DNA of 64,000 bases from Trichoplax sp. H2. Taxonomy: Eukaryota. The stretch covers positions 1-64,000 of the forward strand of contig NOWV01000116.1 of assembly GCA_003344405.1 (NCBI GenBank). The letters run 5' to 3'. Position numbers and translations under genes: made by a program. The notes beneath the pieces are model-generated. The model did no database searches. It worked only from the letters and a program-made list of their open reading frames with translations, and was not told the origin of the DNA. Positions 1-17,212 of this stretch are shown in pieces (positions within the stretch are counted from its first letter, which is position 1; each line of letters opens with the position of its first letter).

Positions 1-2238
1 GTACAAATCGACTGCCAATTGCTTCACTTGGATTGAGAGTAGACTTTGACTAGGTGGAAGGTGTCATTTCATACAGTGTATAGTACTCCACTACAGTGTA
101 CAGTGTACAGTGTACAGTCGTGAATCACCGACTATTCTTAGAGTACTGTAGCTTTGGCTGCAGTACAAATCGACTGCCAATTGCTTCACTACCGTGGAAA
201 ATCCAACAACCGACAAAATCGTTGGCCAGACTAACGACATACATGACATCTATGTGTGTCCATGTCGATGTCTAGACAGTAGATATACACCATAACCACA
301 AGGCTATGGACGATCTTGATGCAATAGAAGCAGTGTGTCATGGACTACTGCCCCCCAACAAGAAAGGGAGACGTAAAGCGATCGTCGACTATAGTAATGA
401 TATGGAGGCCGATTATTTCCGTCCTCATTTCAACTCTATCGCATAACGAACGCACCATTGCCCTGGCTGTCGTTGACATGGAAATGAGCTGCCAATAGGG
501 CTGCCAAGTTGATTTTGCGCAGTATGCAATACGCTGGGATGGGTTGCATAGAGTAGATTGAGGGGAAAATGGATAAGCCTCAACATGATTTTGCACTGAT
601 GGCTGCTTTGGATCGCTCTTGCTTTCCTTTTAGTGTTAGTCCAAATGATACTGTAGAAAGTTTGCAAGAGGAGAGATTTGGACATGATACTACGTCTAGA
701 CAGTATTTTACAACGCACTAGTTTCAGGCATGACGGTGAAAAATGGATCTAGTACTAGTAACTGTACAGTGTACAGTAGCAGTAGCGATTGCCCTCGCCA
801 GAGGACACTGCAAACTTGGCCACTTTTCACAAATTGGTGCCTACAGTAGAAAGTCCATTTTTCAATTAGCCTCTTTTGGATAGTTTCATTGAGGGTTTGA
901 CCATCGACAGGAACTAGATTGACCATCACAGCTTTCGATCATGTTCATTTCTCCAAGCTCTTTTTGATCCCTGCCATCAGTCCCCGTCAAGAAGGACGAG
1001 GACTTGTTCCAGTAGTCGGTCCACGCAGTGCAAACTGCATTTCCATAGGAAACACTGTACTCGGCGGTACTGTATAGAACAGACTACTCGTCGAGTCACT
1101 TGTAGCCACTTGCATGTTCTACGGTAACTCGATGGCATCCAGTCCGAACTCCGTACGTCCGAGTATACAGTGCCAAGTCAAGAGTCGATATCTACTGGAC
1201 GGATGACATTGACTGACCAGTGTCTAGGAGCACGACATAGGCCTGAGACAAGGCAGAAAGCGCAATGACGGAGACGAAGAAAAGCAAAACGGTTTGTCAT
1301 CTGTCCAGTAAAACTGGTAAGTTGGAGTTGATTATTAATGGCTATGGCACTCATTCCATGTTGCAATGACAGATGTGTTATTCTAGTTTATCTTGATGTA
1401 AGATAGTGGGGTGAATGGATGATTAAACGGGTATAAAAAAGGGATTGAATAATGACTGTAAGTTGGGATCTTATACTGGGTCAAATGGCATACGCACTGT
1501 ACTGTATGGACGAGTATATTGGATGTGGTGTTGCTAGTTTTACATTCTGAAAGAATCTCTCTACCATTTGCAGTGGAAATGGAATCTGTTTTTTTGTCAC
1601 AAAGACAGTTATCACCCCAACACTGGATAACATACTTTCTCCCAATCAATCGCTGAATCATGCAAGTAGGACTCGTCATAGTAGGGGCGAAATACATGCG
1701 TTACGCTGGACTACTGTATATAGACCAACAGCAAACTTGTCACCGTAATGGTGAAGGATGCTTTTATTCTTAAGCCTAGTTTAGAAGGATGAATGGCAGC
1801 GCTTACACAAACTTTATGCCCTATTAATGCTATTGAAGCCGCCGCATTAACCCATTAAATGATGACTATATGTTGAATTTCCTGATCGATTTCCTAATAG
1901 TACAGTTGATGAAGTAAATAGGAGACGGCATCTTTGTCTTCGTATCGACACGCAATAGGCATAGCAATCGAGTAGACTGTAAATCGTCCAATCTGCCAGG
2001 TCTGCGTATGGATTGCGGTGAATTTTGACCAAGATTGGCTAGTTAGTAAATACTATATGGGTAATCATGTCTTATACTGTTCAGACTGGAAGAAATGGAT
2101 AACTTACTGATTACTCCTTGTCTCTCTTGCTGTTCTGTAATCACGATAATGTCCTATTTTGGGCTACACTTTAGCATGCTGATAGAGAACCCAGTGCGCT
2201 GCACGGTCTTCATGACATAGATGTAGTGTATTCCAAAA

Positions 2239-4456
2239 ATGGGTGCTCGTAACACAAGCTAATTGGATGTCAATTTGAATTATTAACAGGCAAATTATGC
2301 CGCTATCCGCATCGACAATGTTTAAGAAAACCAATTACTGGGTATTCCTACTGTGTTCGCCATATCTTACGTGATAAAAACAGCCCTTATGTGCAATGTA
2401 GCTATGTTGGAAAAGTTGGCAAAAACTCTGGTAAACAGTGCTTTTTCGCAGCTCTGAAGAATCCACAACACAAAAGGTAAATTGTGCATGTAGTATGTCA
2501 CTAGATATACCCTGTCAAGTCGGAAAGCGTAGCAATATAGCATTGTAGATTATAACTTTGCTTTGCGATAATATTCTGCTATATTTCATACCTGTTCAAA
2601 ACATGGATAACATCCATAGACAGTGCATGAAGGATGACAACCCAATATCATTATTTTAAAATAGACTGTAAAGTAGTTCTCAATCATTATCTTCAAAATA
2701 TTGAAAAGTTAAATATGTTTCCAATGTTAGCAAAGTGATAGGACGTCTAGCCAGTTCAGTGTATAGAAATAATATAATATGATGAGATAACTTCAATAGT
2801 ACTCTATTCTTCATAAAGTACAGTAAGCATTTAGCCTCCTGTCATAATAAATTAATTTGCAGTGAAATCATTAATCATGTGCTTAACTGGTTATAGCCAA
2901 CTATGCAAATTTCATCATCAACAACAACAACGTAAGCAAACCAAGAAACTACCATGTAAAGGCAAAAAGAAAAAAATTGCCATTGGTGAAATGATACTAA
3001 ATCACTTACAGAGTTGTTATGATCCAACTACCTCTACCAATGCTAACAATAAAAGTAACAAGAAACGAAACAAAAATCCAACTCCGTTAACTCCATCCAA
3101 TAAACGAAACGATTCGCAATCTCAATTCTCTGATGGTTAGTGTTATGATAACTATCAAATTTCGCAAGCCGTACTGTATCATCTTTTAAAATATATTAAT
3201 ACGCCTATCATTACCTACCTTAATGCTCATCATTCTTTGACTATTTCTAGTTATCGTTAATGTAGCTTAAATTTAAAACGTGTAAGATTCTAAGGTGTTA
3301 TTACACCTGACCTCTTAAACAGTACAAGCATTAGCAGAATACGATAAATGTACGAATGATGGTTAGTGTTCAATAGAAGTTCTATTGCAATTAAAGTTAA
3401 ACATATTTTTATTAAAGATGAGATTGTTATAAACAATGATAACGAAGCCAGTAGCACATTTGCAAAATTACCTGTTGAAGATGTCTGGCGAGGAGATGCT
3501 GATAGCGAAGCGGAATCTGACGGCATGGATGAAGACTTTCAGTTATTAAAGTAACGATTGCTTTTTTCATTAGTTTCTGTCAACTGTCATGGTGACCATG
3601 AATAGCTTACCAAAGACATGTTTTAAGGGTTTGTTACCAGCCACTTTGCACTCATTTACTTCTTGTCATTACAGGAATGCCAATGTCTACACTGAAAAGG
3701 AAGCTTGTAAAATTTATTGTCAAAAATTATCAAAGTTAAAAGAATTATATAATGATCAGTTGGATTGGATGCAATCCCTTTTACGAAAAAAAAGGAAACA
3801 GTATTTGGCGTCTGTCAAAGGAGTCGAAGATTTAACAGGTTCATTTATGATTTCATTTTCTCAGAAATGAATAAAAATAAATTGATGATAGCTTTCGGAT
3901 TTCGCGATTTGGGAGCACGTACGACAATTATCTTAACATGACTAAAACGCGTTTTCATTTAGGCGTCAAGAGTGAAGGAGAGACGATTCGTTCTTACGCT
4001 ACTGCGGCTTATCGACGTTATCAAACAAAGTTTGGTAAAGAAGCTCTCTTGTTGAAGCATACAAAAGAAAAGGATGGAAAAGTTACGAGCTATAAGGGAT
4101 TAACCCAACGATGCATTTACAACAAGAATGGAGTTAAATGTTCGAGAAGGTGCTTACCATTGACCAAATACTGTTCCAGACATATCTGCTTCGATTCTGA
4201 ACAAGTCTTGTTTCGGAAATGCTCATTTATTGGCAGTAATCAACATTCTTGCTCGTATTCTGTTAGTTTAATCAGTGATATCTCTACTTGCCCGTTACAT
4301 ACACAACCGAAAATTGAAGATAAGGGAAATCAGTCAGTCGACGGTGATGTAACTTCAACAAATAACACCCTGGGTAATAACATAAATACAGTTCATAGTA
4401 TTAGCAATGTCAACAACGATAATGAGCAGGATGAAATTGTGGTGGATGACATTTAA
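2239..4456 (+). CDS. KANSL2: KAT8 regulatory NSL complex subunit 2 (zf-C3Hc3H protein), spliced
   Basis: Phase-consistent GT-AG exons ~2290-2476, 2897-3135, 3418-3550, 3675-3838, 3963-4456. They give CRYPHRQC..YCVRHILRDKNSPYVQCSY, NANVYTEKEA..KLSKLKELYNDQL, RRYQTKFGKEALL and RC..CSRRCLPLTKYCSRHIC..QVLFRKC..CPLH, matching KANSL2 blocks. The start ATG at 2239 (via a 41-nt intron) is tentative. Confidence 0.88.
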
Positions 4457-5561
4457 TTGGTTGCTCATGCTAATGTACTTATTGCTGATCTTTGTAAAGT
4501 GATTTCGTTAAGGAAGGCATTTTCTTCATGTTCATCTGTCAATTTGTATTATATATGATGCGTCGCTCTAAAAGCAGACTATGAATTAGGGAATTTGCAG
4601 TGACTTGCAACAGTGGATACGTGTTACTAATGCCATTCCTAATGTCAATTAAGAAACAGTTATCAATGATCACAGCCTCTAATGTTCTTGGTAAAATCGA
4701 AATAGGATCATTGGTTACTGCAATTATTTTATTTTGTATATATCCTGCTGCAGTGTATGAAATGTAAACTAACTGCATTACTGTAGATTTATGCGACCCT
4801 ACCTGAAAATAGAGACGAATTTTACTACAAATTTTTCTAGTGTATAATAGAAGATGCCAGAAACTTGGCAATTTTGAAATAACGAGCTTATGTTACACTA
4901 CTCAGAGTAGTCGACCCATGTTTTCTGATTCAGCTTATTTATTGTCAAATACTTGTTGAAGTACCATTAACATTAATAAAAATGGCTTTAAGTAAGCGTA
5001 CTGTGAATTGTCCGTATTTTTTATAGAGATCAGTTATACATCGCTATACATGATTTAGTGTACGTGGCATTCTTCGAAAAGTTCGCCTTACCTAACATAA
5101 AATTATCAATCGTAATTCTGGTACATTATTGATGTAAAATAGCATAGAAAATACATTTATTGCAATGTTTATATAATTAGTGATGGGCTAATGCTGTAAT
5201 AAAATCACGTCAGATTATATTTAATTAACGAAGGCGATTAGCTTTATCATCTATGTAAATCATAGAAGAATGTTAAGTCAGAATTTTCATAATAATTCTG
5301 GCTGTAACTGTAATACCAATATAAGAGTGAACGTTAAACAGCTTTTTATTTAATAATTAATTAATGAATTATAATTAGTTTACAGTAGCGCTAAATTAAA
5401 ATCTTTCCTATTTATCAACTGTACACTTATAAATACGTTAATTTAAAACTTCCGTTACATTTATGCATTTGATAATGTCCTTTCACATTTCAGATAATAT
5501 CCTAATCACAACCTCTGCAGTAGAAATAGATATAAGCGCATATCAACCCCCAATTAACAGT

Positions 5562-10108
<4,547 letters not shown>

Positions 10109-10559
10109 CGCCTAAACTGAAATAAATGAACACTCTATTGGTGTTGGTAAGCCTTGCCCTTTATTTTCCTTTGGTATTTGATATTGACGTCTACCGTAGC
10201 TATCACAAGGCTACAAGTTGAAACTACGGCAGAGACTGTTTTACCGAAGAGACTATTCTCTATCTTATGTGATGCTTTGAGGTTACAGATCGCAATCCAA
10301 TACTGTACCAATCGTATAGCATCATGAAGTTGGTATGGTAGCAATGTCTCAACGTTGCCCCTAACATACTGTCCGCATTTTGATGGACATGATTGACGTG
10401 GCCTTGTTGTGATGAGATCATTTTAAGCGATAGTCAAGATTGGCCAATGTTGCTATGTGAGCCATCGTCAGTGTGTGATTTTGAGGTTATTTTCTCGGTA
10501 TTTTGCTCAATTGTAGGCTAATACAGTATCCTAGTCTATGACCGTCTTAACCCATAGCA

Positions 10560-10875
10560 CAGTCATTGATGGTAATCATCATCATACGCTTGGCGGGTTA
10601 CATCATCTTTTTCCAATGATCGTCATTCATAGTAGAGTACTACTATCATTACTATAATAGTGCTGGCCGATTGTGGTGATGTATGACTTTGATATATGGA
10701 AAGGTAAAAGTGGAAGATTCCGATTGGGTGACATAGGATGCTTGCTGCATACTCAATCCATTTGTACTGGCCAAGACTATCCCTATAATCATCATGATGG
10801 AAGACGAGCTAGGCTTTATAAAGGGATTCAGGAATGTGTCTTCCAAGTTGGAACATGACTCAAGTACACCGTAGT
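10560..10875 (+). mobile_element. Possible degenerate Mutator-like (MULE) transposase relic
   Basis: Frameshifted, stop-interrupted peptides VIDGN.., CWPIVVMY, KVEDSDWV and IIIMMEDELGFIKGFRNVSSKLEH appear in the order expected for the MULE DDE core. No open ORF and no TIRs seen. Confidence 0.33.
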
Positions 10876-11429
10876 TTGTACTGGTTGTGTTTGATTGGGT
10901 ATTTGGCTACAGTCATGATGACCAAGTCTTTTTAGTCGTTGTATGATTCAATGTGGAAACTGTCTGTACGATAGTTTCTTTGCCAATTTTTGCTCTAGTC
11001 CAGTCCATTTTGCTTTTCTCCATCACCATGGATGGGGAATCTGTGGTCTCTTTCTACCCAGTGTTAGTACAATGACTGTAGTGTACTGTACCGTGGTCAA
11101 AGTGAAGCACATGCAAGACAACCAGCATGTTGGCGATGTTGATGGCCCAAAGGCAAGAAACTACTGTCTGACAGCACTATCTTAACAAGTCTATATCAAA
11201 TGCTGACTTACCTGAGCATTACCCAAAGCATTTGTAAACTGCATGGCAAAATCCAAGTTGGCACACAGCAAGGCTGGCGGACACCGCTAATGAAAACTTT
11301 CCACACGCTTACTGACACACAGTGTGATTGCGGTTAGAGAAAGTCACTGAGGTTGAGTGGTGTCGGACAGCACTGAGTTGGTTGGGGCTGATGTAACCTC
11401 ACCTTTGACGTCGCTCCTGCAGCTGACAG

Positions 11430-11945
11430 GAGTACAGTACTGTCCACTGTAGCGTGAAGTACAGTGTACTGTACACTGTACAGTACAGTGTCAGCCAGTT
11501 CTCTCTACAGTGTACAGTACAGTACTGTCCACTGTAGGGTGGAATACAGTACTGTACTGTACAGTACAGCACGATGTCAGCCACTTCTCTCTACAGTGTA
11601 CAGTACTGTAGAGTGGAGTACAGCGTACTGTACACTGCACTGTACTGTACAGTATAGCACCGTGTCAGCCAGTTCTCTTTTGAGCCCGGGTGAATGGGAT
11701 TGTTGACGACTGCTCGATATCAGTACAGTATAGTACTGTACACTGTAGAGTGGAGTACAGTGTACTGTACAGTACAGCACGGTGTCAGCCAGTTCTCTCT
11801 ACAGTGTACAGTACCGTACTGTACACTGTAGAGTGGAGTACAGTGTACTGTACACCGTACAGTACAGCACGGTGTCAGCCAGTTCTCTTTCGAGCGCTAT
11901 GATGGTGGGTGAATGGGTGAGTGATTGTTGACGACTGCTCGATAT
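11430..11945. repeat. Tandem minisatellite, ~70-100 bp units rich in TACAGT/ACTGTA
   Basis: Recurring block ..TGTAGAGTGGAGTACAGTGTACTGTAC..CAGTACAGCACGGTGTCAGCCAGTTCTCT, about 5 copies, with a higher-order duplication carrying GATTGTTGACGACTGCTCGATAT twice. Confidence 0.9.
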
Positions 11946-12499
11946 GGCCAGTGTATTTAGGGTTAAATGGGTTAAGATTGATCCAACGTCATGGTCGATG
12001 ATTGATACTGTAGTCATGGTGTACTGTACTACTAAACTTGAATCTTCTGTACAGTACTTGGTTCAACTTTAGTACCAGTAGATATACTGTAACCCTAACC
12101 GTGTAAATTGTCCACTACTGTAAAAAGTGCTCGAGAATTTTCCATTTTCCAGTCCATTGTACTGTACAGTACAGTACAGTACTGTACACTGTACTCTGTG
12201 CAATACTGTAGTGTGCATTGTCTAACGCCATGCCGTGTTCCACTACCGTCCATCGTGCGGTCTGTACAGTACCATGATATTCTGTCAACTGCAAGTTTTC
12301 CAGAAAAGTGCGTGAATATGAACATTCATCCTATATATATACTGTATATCATGTATAATATGTATATGTATGTTATCATCATGTATATAAATGTATTCCA
12401 CTGCGTGGCAGCCAGTGACTGCCACACAGTGAAAGACTGTACTGGACTAGACTGGTTGTGTTCATACTGACAGCATGATATTGTACTGTACTGCAAGGT

Positions 12500-12648
12500 T
12501 GACGTCATACAGTACACTACACTACCTTTGACTACAGTACAGTATAACGACAGACTATTGTCAGCGCTCACTCACAACCAGACGGAGTCGAAAGTACTGT
12601 AGGCTTGTACTGTAGACTGGAGTACAGCAGACTGAAATCATGACGTCA
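12500..12648. promoter_or_regulatory. Two full palindromic CRE sites (TGACGTCA) upstream of cyclin T
   Basis: TGACGTCA at 12500-12507 and 12641-12648, about 180-330 bp before the ATG at 12826. Function not demonstrated. Confidence 0.35.
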
Positions 12649-12825
12649 TCCGCGCCCCATCGACTCTACAGTCTACAGTGTACAGTGCACAGTACTCGAT
12701 TACACTAGACTAATACTGACTGTGTTGAATAGAGTACGCGAGTTTGCTTCGCCGCCGCTTGCAAAGGTGCGTAAAATTCACAAGCCAGAGCGGATTGGAA
12801 CGCCAGACTGCTGACGAATTGGACT

Positions 12826-15800
12826 ATGGCGACTGCAAATGCTTCCTCGTCTGGATCATCGTCGAGTAGTTGTAATGCGGCAGATTTTGCTGTTACTAAC
12901 TTTTATTTTAGTGATACAGAACTGCAAAATACCCCTTCACGGCGTAACGACATTAGCGTCGCAACGGAGTTATATTATCGTCAAACATGTGCCCTTTGTA
13001 TACAAGAACTAGGCATGAAGCTGGGAGCGTATCCACTTTCCAATATTCATGTTCATATTGTCCTCGGTCAACTTGTCCATTGCTCTGTTGTACCAATTGA
13101 TTTTCTTGTCAAGTCTTGAATGGACAATCAGTAAAAAAAATAACAGTGATCAGTAATGTAGGATATCTCGTCGGACAGTTTTTAATCCACTTTTCACGGC
13201 CATTTTGGACGTATTGTTAGACCAGTCAAGTCAAGGCTTGAAGAGGACAGACTTTCCCTTCAAGGGGTAATGTTCCATTCATGTCTTCACGACTCTATAC
13301 AGTACTATACATTTTTTCCACCATTCCATTTTTTTTTCATGCCTTTTTCATGCCTTTTTCATGCATGCTACATGCATCCAATCTTCCACATATCCATTCA
13401 CGCTGCATACAATCATGAAAATAATAAACGAATAAGCTGAAATAACATGACTTTTGATTCTTCAATGTATTCCTTAACGTTACTACTAGCAATCAATTAA
13501 CAATTAATACAGCATTGGTTTACATGCATCGATTTTATATGTTTCACTCTTTAGCAAGTTATAACCTAAAGGTAAGCGGCGGCCATGTTGAATTTTCCAT
13601 GGAGGATACAATCAATCAATTCTTCAATGGACAAATTATTTTTCCAATGTTGAGTATCCGATAAATAGTACTGCTTTGAAACGTATTGAAAAAAAATGTG
13701 CTTTTTAATCGCAGAATATAGCAGCTTGTGCTATCTTCCTTGCTTCTAAATCAGAAGAACACCCGAATAAGTTAAATAAAGTCATCACTGCTGCCTATGA
13801 GTATTTTAGTCATGAAAGTTCGCCTTTAGACCCTAAATCCGAGGTAACTTGATAACATCCAATGAATTGTACGTACTCAAAATGGCTTTAATCTTATTGT
13901 AATAGGTAGAATAATAATATTGTACGTGATAACCAGATAGAATGATGATGATGATGATATAGTACCAAGCGTACAAGTCAGATGATAGTCTTGCTAGAAC
14001 TTTCGTATTGCATGACTACTGCATTGATTTGCACCAATTTACAAATAAAGGTGTTCTACTTGCCATTTCAACTACGATCCACTTTTCTAAGATTATTCAA
14101 TCATCTTGCAGAAATTTCTCAAGCTGTCTCAAGATCTTGTCGACAACGAATATGCGATGTTGTTAACATTAGGCAAGTGTGCCTTAGGTTTTTCTTACCA
14201 ATGATGAGTAAGACCAGATATGATAGCTACTAGTTTTACTACAGGCTTTGACATTGAAATCATGCATCCACATACGCACGTTATAAAGTGCTTACATGGC
14301 TTGAAAGGTAAGACTTGCATCATATTCCATTCATTTTACAATATACTATGGATTTGAATGCACATATCACTGATAGCAATTCCTATACTGTAGTCTTCTC
14401 CATAAATTGAAAATGAATGAATTCGTTATCTAGCTTGACTCTTCAAATTTACTAATTTTGTTGTTTTATCTTGTTTCTAAGTAGGCATGAAAGAACTAGC
14501 ACAGACTGCCTATTTCCTAGCTTCGCAGAGGTAAGTCTATTCTGTAGTCATGCTTGACCGTAGTTTAAGATCAAATCATGATAGACACTAATGTGCTCTT
14601 TCAACACAAATATACTTGTTTAGTTCGCATCTGAGTACGCTTTGTTTGCAACATAAGCCGGTTATCATAGCGGGAGTTTGCATTCATATCGCTTGTAAAT
14701 GGCTCGACATCGAGGTAACTCTAAGAGGAAGTCAATGAAATTATCTTAGTGTTAGCACATGGACAGCCGATTGTTCTATAATTATCATATTTTTCTCTCA
14801 CCTATAGCTACCCATTTTGAAAGATGGAGGGGCTTGGTACAAATCGCTTGATCCTCATATATCCTTAAAACAGCTTGATGGTACATAGTTACATAATAGG
14901 ATTACAATATATATTTTATTTGTTACCTATCTATTTAACTGCGAGTATCATACTCGGCAGACTTGGCCTGCAAATTTCTCCACATAATCGACACATGCCC
15001 TAGTAAATTAAAGAAATCCGTTGCATTTAATATGGATAAGGTAATTTACTTTGCTAGAATCTTATGATTCCCTTGAATTGCGATGCCCTGTACAATTTCA
15101 TTATAATTATTGTGTTGTATACTGTCAATTCTTTTTTGGTAATTGTAATCATGCATTTTCTTGCCAAGGCTGGACTTAAACAAAGTGAAATTGTTCGAAA
15201 GCGTTTTATGAGTGGAGGAAGTAATTCACTTCCTTCTAGTATTAAAAGTAAGGAGCAATCTTCATCCTTTGGTAACACGAATAAAAGTACTACAGCCACA
15301 ATTTCTAAAGCTACTACTAAAAATGATGACAAGAATGAGGCTAACCACTCCGAAGTACATTCAGAAGCAAGAAAAAACAAGCTATCAGATGAAAAACATG
15401 TTAGCGATACAATACAAAATGATAAAACTGATCCCACTCCTACATTGTCTGCATCTTCGGATAAGACGATGATAGCAAATGCGTTGACGCAGCGAGTACC
15501 AACAATAAGAACGAATCTCGCTTCTCAATCGGAAACGTTAAGAAAATCATCATCTACTCCGAATTTTATGAATTATGGGCATTCACAGTCTAATTCAAGA
15601 CTCGTGGGACACATGGCGCAGAGCCAAAAAAGAAAGTTGGAGCCAGATATTGCCGAACAGGAAAACTCAGATGTCGCGCCTCATTCTAAGAAGCACATGA
15701 TAGAAAATAATTCTGCAGATCATACACATCATAGTCATGATGATCGAGACAATGGCGCTAGAGCAGTTGAAATAGATAAAACTACTGCAGATGTAAATGA

Positions 15801-15957
15801 AAGCAGTAGCATTACCTCATCTGTTTTGAATACTGAAAAGTGCAAGGATGAAGGTGTGGACGTACCGTTGCCTTTGCCTGCTGATAAATCAGTCCCACAG
15901 AAATCGCTACCTACGATACCATTGCGGACGACTAATAATATCGACTCAGAAATTTAA
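12826..15957 (+). CDS. CCNT: Cyclin T (P-TEFb cyclin), 9 coding exons
   Basis: Spliced translation includes [131 protein letters not shown] and CPSKLK, followed by a low-complexity last exon ending at 15957. Confidence 0.92.
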
Positions 15958-17212
15958 CAAGAAATAATTTTAGTAATTGTCAATATTAAGCGTTTTGTAG
16001 TGTCGATTGAATGACAATATACGCGCATAATTCATTGCTACCATAGAGTATGGTCCAATACAGTTCTATACTGTTGTACAATTTTGATTTTATAGATTTT
16101 AACATAATCTTCCATTATAATGACTACTTTTCAGCACTTGAGTTATAATGTAAGCTATGGTATAATCGATAACTGTATTTATTTGCTGTAAAAGAAAAAA
16201 ATTACAGTACAGATAAAACTAAGTGTAATACTATTTGTGAAAATGTTACACTAAGAATGATGACTTGTTATTCTGTTATGTTGGATATGGTATGTAGAAA
16301 TTTATATACTGTTTTAATTTTTAAAATTTGGTTAATGTTTATACTCAACACTATTTCGCCTAAAAGGTTACTAGTTACATACTGTATGCATTGTCCACAT
16401 ACCAATGTACTTGTAAATATCGATTAATTTGTAATATGTATCACAGTGTGGTATAGGTACCGCTATATAAAAACTTTCAATCTATGACCTGCCCCCCCAA
16501 AAGTGCTTGTTAACAGTGGTTAGCTATTGTTGGACGATAGTTACCTGCTTCATCTAGTTGAAGATTTTCTATGCTAAACCTCGTTTAGATAGTCACTTGT
16601 ACCTAATAACGGTAAATTAAATATACACATTCACGTTTCCAAGGCTGCAAGGTATTACTGCGGTGATGTTGCTATAATCAACACTATACTGAAATGTTGA
16701 ATGCTTGTCTAATATTCATAATAGTGAAATTCTTCTTTCCACTGTATTATAATAATGCCTCTGTATAAATAAACTGCTACATAATCAAGTGCTAACAAAA
16801 TTTATTTGGTAGGTCAGATAGTAATTATTGTTGCCTCACTGTTCTCTGTTTATTCACGATCTATATTTGTATTTTATTGTAAGAATTAACAGACATTTCC
16901 AATTTCAAAGCTTGTCGTAACATACCAATATATATGCCTAAATTGGTTGATAAGTGTATTTGTCATACAAAAAATAAAATTGGTTCCAGTTTATGTACAG
17001 ATGACGGTGAATAATAGCGTATGAGCAGCTCGACTCTTGTAAATATGTTGAATGGCTGAGCGGTGGTCAACATTCTGACATAGTAGCTTATGCTAAAATT
17101 TTCTTAAAATTTGCACAAAGATGTTCGATAATTCTCAATAATATACCGTACATTATTCAATCATATTCTACAGCACTAGACAGCATTATATACGCGTATA
17201 TATCAAGTTTGT

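Noticed and set aside
200-2215. Possible minus-strand gene divergent from KANSL2, or decayed coding sequence
   Set aside because: Some donor-like sites (GTAAGT at ~2107, GTAAGC at ~1806) and short open stretches exist, but I could not build a phase-consistent ORF or recognise a domain.
11399-12571. Overlapping Tyr/Cys/Thr/Val-rich ORFs (also 19888-20544)
   Set aside because: They are translations of TACAGT repeats that are open on both strands, with no protein-like content.
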